A stretch of DNA of 46,767 nucleotides from Roseibacillus sp. (GCA_965242925.1 CBDEUM010000002.1:1-46767); one strand, 5' to 3'; positions 35,967-45,435 are shown, counted from the stretch's first letter. A program made the numbers and translations. The notes: a model not told the origin generated them from the sequence alone.

Positions 35967-36335
35967 ATGAGCGATCGCAGCGACTGTTTTCGGATGAGTG
36001 AGAATGCAGACGGTGAACGTGCCACCTACGCACTCTTCGCCTTTGCCTGCGGGGAACTGGTTTACACCGTCCGGGGTGAAACCACCCCGGACCGCACGCG
36101 CGACAGTATCGAAGTCGGTCCCGACCAGCACGTGGAGGACGCCTACGCCCGTTACCTCAATCACTCCTTCACCCCCAACCTCCGCCTTGAGGAGCGCCGA
36201 ATGTTTGCCCTGCGGGACATCACAGTGGGAGAGGAACTCACCTTCAACTACCTCGAAACCGAGTCTGAAATCGCTGCCCCCTTCGTCTGTCACGACACCG
36301 GCAGGCCCGTCGACTCGAACACCTGCGACGAATAA
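35967..36335 (+). CDS. Minimal SET-domain protein (putative lysine methyltransferase)
   Basis: RYLNHSFTPN and ALRDITVGEELTFNY SET signature motifs; ~122 aa from ATG 35967. Confidence 0.85.
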   Translation: MSDRSDCFRMSENADGERATYALFAFACGELVYTVRGETTPDRTRDSIEVGPDQHVEDAYARYLNHSFTPNLRLEERRMFALRDITVGEELTFNYLETESEIAAPFVCHDTGRPVDSNTCDE

Positions 36336-36402
36336 CCTGAAGACGCGGAGTTCGGATTCGACCAGCGCCGCGAAATACCTCAGCTTGTCAAACGTCACTT
36401 CC

Positions 36403-37122
36403 ATGCAGCACTTTCCCGAAATCCAGCTCACCTTTGAGGAAACCCGTGTCCTGGGCTGCCTTCTCGAAAAGGAGATCCTCACCCCTGATACCTACCCACT
36501 TTCCCTCAACTCCCTGGTCACTGCCTGCAATCAAGGCTCCAGCCGATATCCCATTACCGATCTTGACGCCGCCGATATCCTGGAGGCTCTCCGCTCGCTT
36601 GCCGAAAAGCACCTCATCGAGAAAGTGATGGGCGGCCGCACCTCCAAGTACGAGCACTGCCTCAAACATGTTCTCAGCCTCCGGGACAGTGAACGCGCAA
36701 TCTTTACCGTCCTCCTCCTCCGCGGAGCGCAAACTACCGGCGAACTCAGGCAGCGCACGGACCGCATCCACCACTTCACCTCCCTCGAAGAGGTCGAGGA
36801 GATTCTCACCTGGTTCATCGAGTATCCCCATGGACCTCTCGTGCGGCGCATCCCGGCCGGAAGTGGACGGCGGGTGGAAGCATTTGAGCACCTCCTCTCC
36901 GAGCGGATCGCCTCCCCGCAAGCTGAAGGAGCGGGCCATGCGCCCGACAGCGACCTGATTCCGGAAGCACCGTCTGCCGGCACCACACCCGACGACGAAG
37001 AACTCGAGTGGAAGCAATCGGTCGAATCCCGCCTCGCAAAGCTCGAACAAGAGGTGATCTCCCTGCGGTCCCACCTCACCCGGAGTAAAGGCACCCCGGA
37101 CCTCCCGCCGCCGCGCAGGTAA
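36403..37122 (+). CDS. yceH: YceH family protein (DUF480/UPF0502)
   Basis: ETRVLGCLLEKE..TPDTYPLSLNSLVTACNQ, R..KYEH, LLLRGAQT.GELR.R, HLL. Start ATG 36403. Confidence 0.9.
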   Translation: MQHFPEIQLTFEETRVLGCLLEKEILTPDTYPLSLNSLVTACNQGSSRYPITDLDAADILEALRSLAEKHLIEKVMGGRTSKYEHCLKHVLSLRDSERAIFTVLLLRGAQTTGELRQRTDRIHHFTSLEEVEEILTWFIEYPHGPLVRRIPAGSGRRVEAFEHLLSERIASPQAEGAGHAPDSDLIPEAPSAGTTPDDEELEWKQSVESRLAKLEQEVISLRSHLTRSKGTPDLPPPRR

Positions 37123-37331
37123 CGGGAACGGTTCCCCGGCAACTGGAATCTCAAGGCGCACGGAACGGCCTGCGCAGAGGCCCCCCTGTTTAAGGGCTCC
37201 ATGACATCAGGAGTCCCCAAGTGATACCTGTGCAGGGCAGACGGTTCGTGTTGCCTCGGCCCCTCACGATTGCCATGCTTCAGGAATCTGGAAGCACATA
37301 TTTCGCAAACCAATTCAATCACCTCGGAATA

Positions 37332-39413
37332 ATGAAGGATCACAAACTCAACGACATCCGTAACCTGGCCGTATTGGGCCACGCCTCGGCAGGAAAGACC
37401 ACGCTCTGTGAGGCGATGCTGGCCAACACCGGAAACATCAAGCGCATGGGAACCATCGCGGATGGAAATACCACTTCCGACTATCACGCGGATGAGCGCC
37501 AGCACCAGATCTCGATTCACTCCTCGCTTCTGCGCATGGAGTGGATGGATGTGGAACTCAACGTGGTCGACGCACCCGGTTCTCCCGATTTTATCGGCGA
37601 TTCTCTCGGTGCCCTGGCCGTTGCCGATTTCGCCCTCATCGTGGTCGATGCAGTTTCGGGCGTGGGCTTCATTACGGAACGCATGTGGGCCGAGGCCGAC
37701 CGACTGGGAATCCCCAAGTTCATCGTCCTCAACGGCGTCGACAAGGAGAACGCCGACGTCCCCCGCGTCGTGGAGGAGATCAAGCACATCCTCGGAGACA
37801 AAATCTTCCCCATGACCCTCCCGCTGAATCAAGGGCCGGGAGTCTCCCGCTTCCTCGACGCCATGAGAAGCAAAGTGGTGGAGTACAAACCCGACGCCAG
37901 TGGAAGGTTTGAGGAACAGGATGTAGACGGCGCCGATGGCGAGAGCGTAAACGACATGCATCGGCAGCTCATCGAGTTCGTGGCGGAATCTGATGATTCC
38001 CTGCTGGAAGCCTTCTTCGAAAAGGGTGAACTAAGCGAGGAGGAACTCCGGAGTCATCTTCACGACGCCATTCAGAATCAGGCCTTTTCACCCCTGTTCT
38101 GTACGGGTGCCGCCAGCAACGTGGGTGTCGCACGTCTCATGGATTTCATCGCCAAGTTCGGCTCCTCGCCCCTGGACCGCAGGAGCATTGCCTGCGAATC
38201 GCCGGACGGCGATCCGGTCGAGGTGAATCTGGAAGGCTCCGAGCCTGTCATCTTCATCTTCAAGACGCTGGTAGAGGAACACGTGGGCGCCCTCTCATTC
38301 TTCCGGATCTACTCGGGAGAACTCAAATCGGGGGACACCCTCTACAACATCAACACCGGCGAGAACGAGCGTATCGGCCAGATCCTCCTTCCCAACGGCA
38401 AGGACAGGGAAGCATCTGATCACCTCAAGTCGGGAGAGATCGGGGCTCTGGTCAAACTCAAGGGCACTCACACCAACGACACCCTCTGCAGCCCGAAACT
38501 GAAGGCCCGCCTGCCCGGGATCGAATATCCCGCACCAAACATCCACGCCGCCCTTCGGCTGACGGCCCGGGGTGACGAGGAGAAGGTGGCGGAAGGCCTG
38601 TCCGTCATTCACGAGGAAGATCCCGCCTTCCAGTTCCGCGTGGATCCCGAACTGAAGCAGACCATCCTCTCGGGACAGGGAGAGATTCATCTCAAGTCTG
38701 TCTCGGAAACCCTCAGACGGCGCTACAACATCGATATCGAGCTCGAACAACCGCGCATTCCCTACCGCGAAACCATCCACACGAAAGCTGAATCGAAGTA
38801 TCGCCACAAGAAACAGAGTGGAGGTTCCGGCCAGTTCGCGGAGGTCTGGATACGCATCGAGCCGCTCCCGCGCGACAGCGGCGTCGAGTTTGGTCATTCG
38901 CTGGTGGGCAACAACGTCGATCGAAACTTCGTCCCCTCGGTCGAGAAAGGAATCCGTGCCGCCGAGCGCGACGGCATCCTCGCGGGCTACCAGGTCTGTG
39001 ATGTGAAGATCGACTTCTATGACGGCAAACAGCACCCGGTCGATTCCAAGGACGTGGCCTTCCAAATCGCAGGCAAACAGGCCTTCCGCGAGGCCTTCAT
39101 GAATGCGCAACCGCATCTTATCGAGCCCGTCCTGCAGGTGAAGATCCGGACTCCCGAGGAATCCCTGGGCAACGTCCTCGGCGATCTTTCGGTGCGGGGC
39201 GGTCGCGTGATGGGAACCGAGACCGAGGGTCACGCCCAGGTGGTAACCGCGGAGGTTCCCGCGCGCGTCATGCATGCCTACGCCACGGACCTGCGGTCCA
39301 TGACCGGCGGTCGCGGACAACACAGCGAGAGCTTCTCCCACTACGAGGACATGCCCAAGGAGGTGGAACAGAAGGTTATTTCCGAAGCGAGCAAGCAAAG
39401 TGATGCCGCCTAG
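37332..39413 (+). CDS. Elongation factor G paralogue (EF-G2/FusA2-like)
   Basis: IRNLAVLGHASAGKTT, DAPG.PDF, EEDP, GQGEIHL, IPYRETI, KKQSGGSGQF, HPVDS, LRSMTGGRG. G-motifs diverge from canonical EF-G and the gene is not in an rpsL-rpsG operon. Start ATG 37332. Confidence 0.9.
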   Translation: MKDHKLNDIRNLAVLGHASAGKTTLCEAMLANTGNIKRMGTIADGNTTSDYHADERQHQISIHSSLLRMEWMDVELNVVDAPGSPDFIGDSLGALAVADFALIVVDAVSGVGFITERMWAEADRLGIPKFIVLNGVDKENADVPRVVEEIKHILGDKIFPMTLPLNQGPGVSRFLDAMRSKVVEYKPDASGRFEEQDVDGADGESVNDMHRQLIEFVAESDDSLLEAFFEKGELSEEELRSHLHDAIQNQAFSPLFCTGAASNVGVARLMDFIAKFGSSPLDRRSIACESPDGDPVEVNLEGSEPVIFIFKTLVEEHVGALSFFRIYSGELKSGDTLYNINTGENERIGQILLPNGKDREASDHLKSGEIGALVKLKGTHTNDTLCSPKLKARLPGIEYPAPNIHAALRLTARGDEEKVAEGLSVIHEEDPAFQFRVDPELKQTILSGQGEIHLKSVSETLRRRYNIDIELEQPRIPYRETIHTKAESKYRHKKQSGGSGQFAEVWIRIEPLPRDSGVEFGHSLVGNNVDRNFVPSVEKGIRAAERDGILAGYQVCDVKIDFYDGKQHPVDSKDVAFQIAGKQAFREAFMNAQPHLIEPVLQVKIRTPEESLGNVLGDLSVRGGRVMGTETEGHAQVVTAEVPARVMHAYATDLRSMTGGRGQHSESFSHYEDMPKEVEQKVISEASKQSDAA

Positions 39414-39444
39414 GCAGATTTGTTTCCACCACCCCGAATTCAGG

Positions 39445-39470
39445 GAGCCCCGGATACCAGTCCGGGGCTC
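39445..39470. terminator. Hairpin between convergent genes (possible bidirectional terminator)
   Basis: GAGCCCCGGA-TACCAG-TCCGGGGCTC perfect 10-bp stem; only a weak U-tract. Confidence 0.55.
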
Positions 39471-39522
39471 TTGACCTCCCTGCCGGAGGGGTGATCCCCG
39501 TCTTCAGTCGTCACCTGAAGCC

Positions 39523-40014
39523 TTATGGCAGGAGGGAAAGTACCCCGGGGCCCTTGTGCAGTTCCCCGCCCGTCACGATTCGGGCCCTCAGTCCCCCCAC
39601 CCCCTTCAGAAATTCATGCACGCCATCGGCCGCGGCTTCGTTCATCCAGTAACAGGGCGCAGCTTCCTCCACACCCTCGAACTCCAGACCCTGAAGAGCA
39701 AAGGATTTCCCAATCAGTTCCGGAAGGGGCACATCCCTCAGGATCACATTCCGACGAAATGCCCAGGCCGCCAGTTCGGGAAGGTCAAACTCTCTTTTCA
39801 CCATCTCGAAGACCCCGTGGTCGAAAAAGGTAATCTGGCCCTTGTAGTTCTCCTTCTGATCAAAATAGCGGTCCCCGCGGATCCCCCGGCCGGCCACGCA
39901 CTCGATCGAGTCGGGATCCTCTATCCCGTGATCGAGTGACTCTTTCCCATGGCGACCCACGTAGTTGTGCCCTTCGGACACGAACAGGTGAACCAGTTCA
40001 ATTTCCCACTCCAT
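39523..40014 (-). CDS. MOSC domain protein
   Basis: GRGIRGDRY, QITF, FRRNV, PCYWM, GGLRARI; directly downstream of moaA. Confidence 0.88.
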   Translation of the reverse strand: MEWEIELVHLFVSEGHNYVGRHGKESLDHGIEDPDSIECVAGRGIRGDRYFDQKENYKGQITFFDHGVFEMVKREFDLPELAAWAFRRNVILRDVPLPELIGKSFALQGLEFEGVEEAAPCYWMNEAAADGVHEFLKGVGGLRARIVTGGELHKGPGVLSLLP

Positions 40015-40019
40015 GATCC

Positions 40020-41012
40020 TTATCCTCCGATGTAGCTCATTTCCACTTTGGGCTTCTCTCCGCTCCCCCGTTCCTCCGAGTAGCGATCAGAACGACCGCG
40101 CCAGATTCCCTCCAGCACGGAGCACAAGGTTGCTTCCTTCCCCGAGCGCAGGAGCCCGCGGACGTCTACCCCGCTCCTGGCAAAGAGGCAGGTGAAGAGT
40201 TTTCCTTCTGCCGATAGCCGCAACCGGTTGCATCCACCACAAAACGGGCTGGTCACCGAGGAAATAATTCCGACTTCACCGCTCCCCTCGCAAAAACCAT
40301 AACGCTGGGCCACTTCACCCCTGTGGGTTGGGCTCAGTTTCTGCAGGGAGAACTCCTTCTCGATCACTTCCACTATTTCCCTTGCAGAGACAACCTCCTC
40401 CATACGCCACCCGTTCGTCTCCCCCACGTCCATGAACTCGATGAAGCGGACAGGGATGTCATGCTCCCTTCCCCAGTGCACCAGGGGAATAATCTCTCCC
40501 TCATTTACTCCCCGTTGGACAACCGCATTGACCTTCACACCCAACCCACAGTCCTTTGCCCTCTCGATCCCGGACAGGACACTCTCTACCTTGGCCCCTA
40601 CCCCATTCATCCTGGCAAAGATCTCCCGGTCGAGGGCATCCAGGCTGACGGTCACCCGGTGTAACCCCGCCCGCCGAAGATCTGCGGCGTGAAGAGCCAG
40701 CAGCACTCCGTTGGTGGTAAGCGCCAGGTCTTCAATTCCCTTCACCCGGGCCAGCATTTCCACCAGATCCTGCACCCCGCGTCGCAGCAGGGGCTCTCCT
40801 CCGGTCAGACGCACCTTGCGCACCCCCAGAGGCACTGTGAGGCCCACCAGATGCTCAATCTCTTTGTAGGTGAGAATTTCCTCGCGCGGCAGAAATACAT
40901 GATCTGATCCGAATACTTCCGCCGGCATACAGTAACGGCAACGGAAGTTGCAACGGTCCGTGATCGAGATGCGCAGATCCCGCAGCGGACGATGGTGTTG
41001 GTCGACGAGCAT
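40020..41012 (-). CDS. moaA: GTP 3',8-cyclase (radical SAM)
   Basis: LRISITDRCNFRCRYCMP, RLTGGEP, TTNG, RFIEFMDVG, FCGGCNRLRLSAEGKLFTC, C-terminal MSYIGG. Start ATG 41012. Confidence 0.97.
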   Translation of the reverse strand: MLVDQHHRPLRDLRISITDRCNFRCRYCMPAEVFGSDHVFLPREEILTYKEIEHLVGLTVPLGVRKVRLTGGEPLLRRGVQDLVEMLARVKGIEDLALTTNGVLLALHAADLRRAGLHRVTVSLDALDREIFARMNGVGAKVESVLSGIERAKDCGLGVKVNAVVQRGVNEGEIIPLVHWGREHDIPVRFIEFMDVGETNGWRMEEVVSAREIVEVIEKEFSLQKLSPTHRGEVAQRYGFCEGSGEVGIISSVTSPFCGGCNRLRLSAEGKLFTCLFARSGVDVRGLLRSGKEATLCSVLEGIWRGRSDRYSEERGSGEKPKVEMSYIGG

Positions 41013-41099
41013 TCCCTTCACCCAAAAAAAGCGCAGGGCAGGCACCTCGCAACAAAATACTTGGGTATTTGCCTATTCCTTGTGAACTCACAACAAATC

Positions 41100-42290
41100 A
41101 TGAATCCACTCATCTCCCCAGCCGCTGCGGAAGCGATCACCCTGACCCATCTCCCCGGTCTTGGAAGCGAGGAGATCCCCCTTGAGGAGGCCCATGGTCG
41201 CGTCCTCGCCAGTGAACTGCGCGCGGACCGACCGCTCCCGCCCTATGACCGCGTCATGATGGATGGCATCTGTTTCCGGAAAGCAGACCTGGATGAGTTT
41301 CCCAGCCTGACGATCGCCGGAGATCATGCCGCCGGGGCACCTGCTCCGGATCCACTCGCTCCAGGACACTGCTGGGAAGTGATGACGGGAGCCTGCCTGC
41401 CCTCCGATTGCGACACGGTGCTGCCCTACGAACAGATCACGCGTCAGGGCAGCAGCGTCAGCTTCTCCCGGGAAGCAGCTGTCCAGGGACGTTTCATTCA
41501 CGAGGAAAGCAGCGACCATGCCCCTGATGACCTCCTTGTCCCGTCTAACTCCCTCGTCGACTCCAGGATCGCGGCGGTGGCCGCTACCGTGGGCGCCACT
41601 ACCCTGAAAGTTCTTCAACGTCCCCGGGTGGCAATCTTCACCACGGGCGACGAGGTGGTCGAACCCGCTACCTCCCCCGCTCCTCACCAGGTCCGACAGT
41701 CGAACGCTGCGTCACTTCGCGCTGCTCTCGCCGTCCTCGGCACGGAGTTGATTCATCATCAGCATCTCCCCGACGATCCCGACGCGACCACCTCCGCCGT
41801 GCGGGAACATCTTGATTCGGACCTGCTCCTTCTCTGCGGAGGAATCTCCAAGGGGAAGTACGATTTCGTGCGGCCCGTGATAGAGTCGCTGCTTGGAGCC
41901 CCCGCCTTTCACGGCGTAGCCCAACGCCCCGGCAAACCCCTCGCCTTCTGGCCGGGACCTCCGCCTGTCTTCGCGTTGCCGGGAAACCCAATGTCAGTTC
42001 AAATCACCTTTCACCGCTACGTCCGCCCTTTTCTCGAAACTCTCCAGAACCTGCGCCCCGTGATCCGTACGGTCTCGCTTGCCTCAGAAGTCCGATCTGA
42101 TTCTCCCTTTGCCTGCTTCCTGCCGGTGAATCTCCGGCAGGATGGCGCCACCCTCCTCGCCGATCCCGCCCCCTTGTCGAATTCCGGGGACTTTGCTTCG
42201 GCCATCGAGTCCGATGGATTCATCGAATTGCCTGCCGATCATAAAGTGTTCCCACAGGGCAGCCTCGCACCCTTTCGCTCCTGGCTCTGA
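41100..42290 (+). CDS. moeA: Molybdopterin molybdotransferase
   Basis: GRVLA, PPYDRVMMDG, VMTGA.LP..CDTV, TTGDE, SN, GGISKGKYD, QRPGKP, LPGNP, SGD. Start ATG 41100. Confidence 0.95.
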   Translation: MNPLISPAAAEAITLTHLPGLGSEEIPLEEAHGRVLASELRADRPLPPYDRVMMDGICFRKADLDEFPSLTIAGDHAAGAPAPDPLAPGHCWEVMTGACLPSDCDTVLPYEQITRQGSSVSFSREAAVQGRFIHEESSDHAPDDLLVPSNSLVDSRIAAVAATVGATTLKVLQRPRVAIFTTGDEVVEPATSPAPHQVRQSNAASLRAALAVLGTELIHHQHLPDDPDATTSAVREHLDSDLLLLCGGISKGKYDFVRPVIESLLGAPAFHGVAQRPGKPLAFWPGPPPVFALPGNPMSVQITFHRYVRPFLETLQNLRPVIRTVSLASEVRSDSPFACFLPVNLRQDGATLLADPAPLSNSGDFASAIESDGFIELPADHKVFPQGSLAPFRSWL

Positions 42291-42343
42291 TTCCGGCAGC
42301 AAAACCGCTCGCTCTTTTCCGTTGATGTCCTAGCATTTCGGCG

Positions 42344-42820
42344 GTGAGTGAACTCTCCCATCTTGATGAGATGGGCCAACCCCGCATGGTCGATGTTGGC
42401 TCCAAGACCGTGACCGCCCGGCGGGCCCGGGCCGCCTGTACGGTGATTCTGGGATCCGAACTCATGGCTGAACTCCAGAAGGGAGACTTCCAAAACAAGA
42501 AGGGATCCATCCTGAACACTGCCATCCTGGCAGGGATCATGGCTGCCAAACGCACCTCCTCGCTCATCCCCCTCTGTCATCCTCTCCCCCTGGACAAGTG
42601 CGACGTGACCATCGAACCAGAGGGCCCCGCCTCTTTGTGTGTCCAATGCGAGTGCAGCACCGCCAGCAGGACCGGAGTGGAAATGGAGGCCCTCACCGGG
42701 GCCTCGGTGGCCGCCCTCACAGTTTACGACATGTGCAAGGCGGCCAATCCCTCCATCGAAATCACCCGGCTCCATCTGGCGGAAAAGCGGGGTGGAAAGA
42801 GCGACTTTGATGCAAGCTGA
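42344..42820 (+). CDS. moaC: Cyclic pyranopterin monophosphate synthase
   Basis: LSHLD..G..RMVDV..K, AGIMAAKRT..LIPLCHP, TGVEMEALT, YDMCKA, KRGGKS. Confidence 0.97.
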   Translation: MSELSHLDEMGQPRMVDVGSKTVTARRARAACTVILGSELMAELQKGDFQNKKGSILNTAILAGIMAAKRTSSLIPLCHPLPLDKCDVTIEPEGPASLCVQCECSTASRTGVEMEALTGASVAALTVYDMCKAANPSIEITRLHLAEKRGGKSDFDAS

Positions 42821-42826
42821 AGTTCC

Positions 42827-43657
42827 ATGACCCCACCTCTCCACGGCCTCCTTCTCGCAGGCGGGAAAAGCCGCCGCATGGGTTCCGACAAGGCGGAACT
42901 CGTGGTGGAGGGCGACCTCTCCCTGCGTGATCGCGGTCTGCAACTCCTCGATGCTGTCACGACAGAGACTCGCCTCTCCATCGCACAGGACGACCAGCGA
43001 TCCTACCAGTCGAGCACGATCCGTGATCTGCGTCCCGATGCCGGTCCGCTCGCTGGTCTGGAAGCAGCCTTTCAACAAGCGCCCGGAGTTGCATGGCTTG
43101 TAACGGCCTGCGATCTCCCCTTCCTTACCGACTCCGTCCTGCAATTCCTCCGGGAGGCCCGGGACCCGGACCGCGCAGCCACCTGCTTCACCAGTCGCTT
43201 CGACGGCAAGCCGGAACCACTCTGCACCATCTACGAACCATCAGCCGCTACAGCACTGACCCAGGCTCTCGCCGGGAAGATGCGCTGCGCCCGAAAGTTC
43301 CTCTATTCCCTTCACCGCAGGGACCTCGATCTCCCTGACAAATCGGCCCTCGACAATTGCAACCGGCCCGAAGACCTCGAGGAAGCCCGGTTGACTCTCC
43401 GCAACGGCCGTAGCACGAAGACCATCATGGTGGAATACTGTGGAATCCTCCGCGAAGACACAGGTGCCGCCACCGAAGAACTCGAAACCACCGCGGTGAC
43501 CGCTGCCGGCCTGTGGGAGGAACTGCGCATGGCCCGCAATCTCTCGCTCGGACTGGAAGCCGTGCGGATCGCGATCAATGATGAATTCCGGCCCTGGTCT
43601 CATCCGTTGGCCCACCGGGACAAGCTCACCCTCTTTCCGCCCTTCGCAGGAGGCTAG
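42827..43657 (+). CDS. mobA: Fused molybdenum cofactor guanylyltransferase (MobA) and sulfur carrier (MoaD)
   Basis: LLAGGKSRRMGSDKA, GPLAG, ACDLP, EPL..IY, NCNRPED; then a ubiquitin-like domain ending FPPFAGG. Confidence 0.9.
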   Translation: MTPPLHGLLLAGGKSRRMGSDKAELVVEGDLSLRDRGLQLLDAVTTETRLSIAQDDQRSYQSSTIRDLRPDAGPLAGLEAAFQQAPGVAWLVTACDLPFLTDSVLQFLREARDPDRAATCFTSRFDGKPEPLCTIYEPSAATALTQALAGKMRCARKFLYSLHRRDLDLPDKSALDNCNRPEDLEEARLTLRNGRSTKTIMVEYCGILREDTGAATEELETTAVTAAGLWEELRMARNLSLGLEAVRIAINDEFRPWSHPLAHRDKLTLFPPFAGG

Positions 43658-43664
43658 TCGAGCC

Positions 43665-44099
43665 ATGTTTCGCCTGACTACCGATCCCATCGATCCAGCC
43701 GCCCTGCGGGAGGCTGCGGGCAATCCGCACGCGGGTGCCGTATCCATCTTCGAGGGCACCGTCCGCAATCACCACCAGGGTCGGGAGGTACTCCGCCTGG
43801 AGTATGAAGCCCATGCCCCGGTGGCGGAGAAGGAAGGCCAACGTATCGTACGGAATGCCATTGAACGCTTTGGCCTTGATCACGCCGAGGCGGTGCACCG
43901 GACGGGTTCCCTGGAGATCGGTGAGTCCGCCGTGATCGTCGCCGTTTCCTCTCCCCACCGCTCCGAGTCCTTCGAGGCCTGCCGCTTCATCATCGACGAG
44001 ATCAAGCATCGCCTCCCCATCTGGAAGAAGGAATTCTATCCCGACGGTTCAAGCGATTGGGTCGGCTGCGAGGGCTGCCGCCAAGGTCACCAGCACTGA
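43665..44099 (+). CDS. moaE: Molybdopterin synthase catalytic subunit
   Basis: GAVSIFEGTVR, LEYEA, HRTG.L.IGE, SSPHR, IDEIK...PIWKKE. Start ATG 43665. Confidence 0.96.
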   Translation: MFRLTTDPIDPAALREAAGNPHAGAVSIFEGTVRNHHQGREVLRLEYEAHAPVAEKEGQRIVRNAIERFGLDHAEAVHRTGSLEIGESAVIVAVSSPHRSESFEACRFIIDEIKHRLPIWKKEFYPDGSSDWVGCEGCRQGHQH

Positions 44100-44135
44100 C
44101 CTTGCAGTCCCCCGCCGATCGCCTAGATTAGCTCC

Positions 44136-45428
44136 GTGCGGCGGTTCCATTTCCTCACGCTTATTCCCCTCGCTCTGGCAGGTCCGGCCCACCCCGCTCC
44201 TGTCCCCGACCTTGAGATCCTCTTTCTCGACGTCACAATGTGGGAAAAGCCGGTGGGTGAAGTACTACGGGATCGTAAACCGCTGGGCTTCCACTGGCTC
44301 TCCACCGGGCGCCGGGATGCCCGTAGCAACCGCCGTGACCTGAAGCTCTGGAGCCTCCCGGTGGGTGAAACAGTCCTCCGCAGCCGGGATGACAAACTGC
44401 ACTCCTTTGACATCTCCATCTACAACCGTGGGGATAACGGCGACATCTCCCAGGAACGGTTCAAGACCCTGACCGAGCAATGGCATGCCCTGCTCGTCGA
44501 AAAGACCGGACTTGAGGGCGAGAAGATGGACCGGACTCAGAAGGGCAGCGTGGTTTCCGCTGATCGCTGGGTCTGGAAATGTTCTGGCGCCTTTCTGGTG
44601 CTCACCTCAAGCAAGTCGAAGGCCTCCCGGGGTTATACTCCTGAATTTCTCAAGCTCAGCCTTGTCTCCGTTAAATACGGCAAGGAGATCTACGAGCAGC
44701 GCTCCGGCCTGACCAGGATCATGGCCCGGCGCCGGGATCTCGTTGCCAACCGCGTGAGCAAGCCCAATGGCGATATCTTCGTCCGGGGCGTGCCCATGGT
44801 CGACCAGGGCCGCAAGGGCTACTGTGCGGTGGCCAGTGCCGAACGCGTCTTCCGCTACTACGGACTGCCCGTCGACCAGCACGCGATGGCCCAGATCGCA
44901 GAGAGCAGTGCGGGCGGGGGGACAAACCCCTCCACCATGATCGATGCACTCAAGAAGGTGGCCGGGCGAACCAAGACCCGCCTTCTGGTCCACTATGAAC
45001 TGGAAGAACGCAAGGTCAGGTCCGAAATCAAGGCCTACAACCGGCTCATCAAGAAAACCGGAAAGGGCAAGGAATTCCCCGACGAGACCGTCATGCCCTA
45101 CCAGCACTTCCTCTCCAATTGCCATGGTCCCACTCTGCGGGAGATCCGGGCCAGAGGCACCGCCTTCGACCGCTTCCGTAAGCAGATCAGGGACAATATC
45201 AATACCGGAACACCCCTCCTCTGGGCTCTGCAGGTCGGAGTCTTTCCGGAGCGGGGAATTCCCCAGCAGGGTGGAGGACACATGCGACTCGTCATCGGCT
45301 ACAACCAGAAAACCGATGAGATCATCTACACCGACTCCTGGGGACCGGGCCACGAGTTCAAGCGCATGAGTGCGGCCAACGCCTACACCGCCACCATGCA
45401 CCTGCTCACCCTGAAGCCTTCACAATAA
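44136..45428 (+). CDS. Secreted protein with C39-like (papain-fold) cysteine peptidase domain
   Basis: Signal peptide; PMVDQG.KGYCAVA (Gln, Cys), GGHMRLVIGY (His), YTDSWG (Asp). Confidence 0.8.
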   Translation: MRRFHFLTLIPLALAGPAHPAPVPDLEILFLDVTMWEKPVGEVLRDRKPLGFHWLSTGRRDARSNRRDLKLWSLPVGETVLRSRDDKLHSFDISIYNRGDNGDISQERFKTLTEQWHALLVEKTGLEGEKMDRTQKGSVVSADRWVWKCSGAFLVLTSSKSKASRGYTPEFLKLSLVSVKYGKEIYEQRSGLTRIMARRRDLVANRVSKPNGDIFVRGVPMVDQGRKGYCAVASAERVFRYYGLPVDQHAMAQIAESSAGGGTNPSTMIDALKKVAGRTKTRLLVHYELEERKVRSEIKAYNRLIKKTGKGKEFPDETVMPYQHFLSNCHGPTLREIRARGTAFDRFRKQIRDNINTGTPLLWALQVGVFPERGIPQQGGGHMRLVIGYNQKTDEIIYTDSWGPGHEFKRMSAANAYTATMHLLTLKPSQ

Positions 45429-45435
45429 ACGATGA

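Noticed and set aside
35998..36402. N-terminal extension of YceH overlapping the SET gene
   Set aside because: Low-complexity alternative-frame translation. YceH similarity begins at ATG 36403 and the SET frame has the real motifs.
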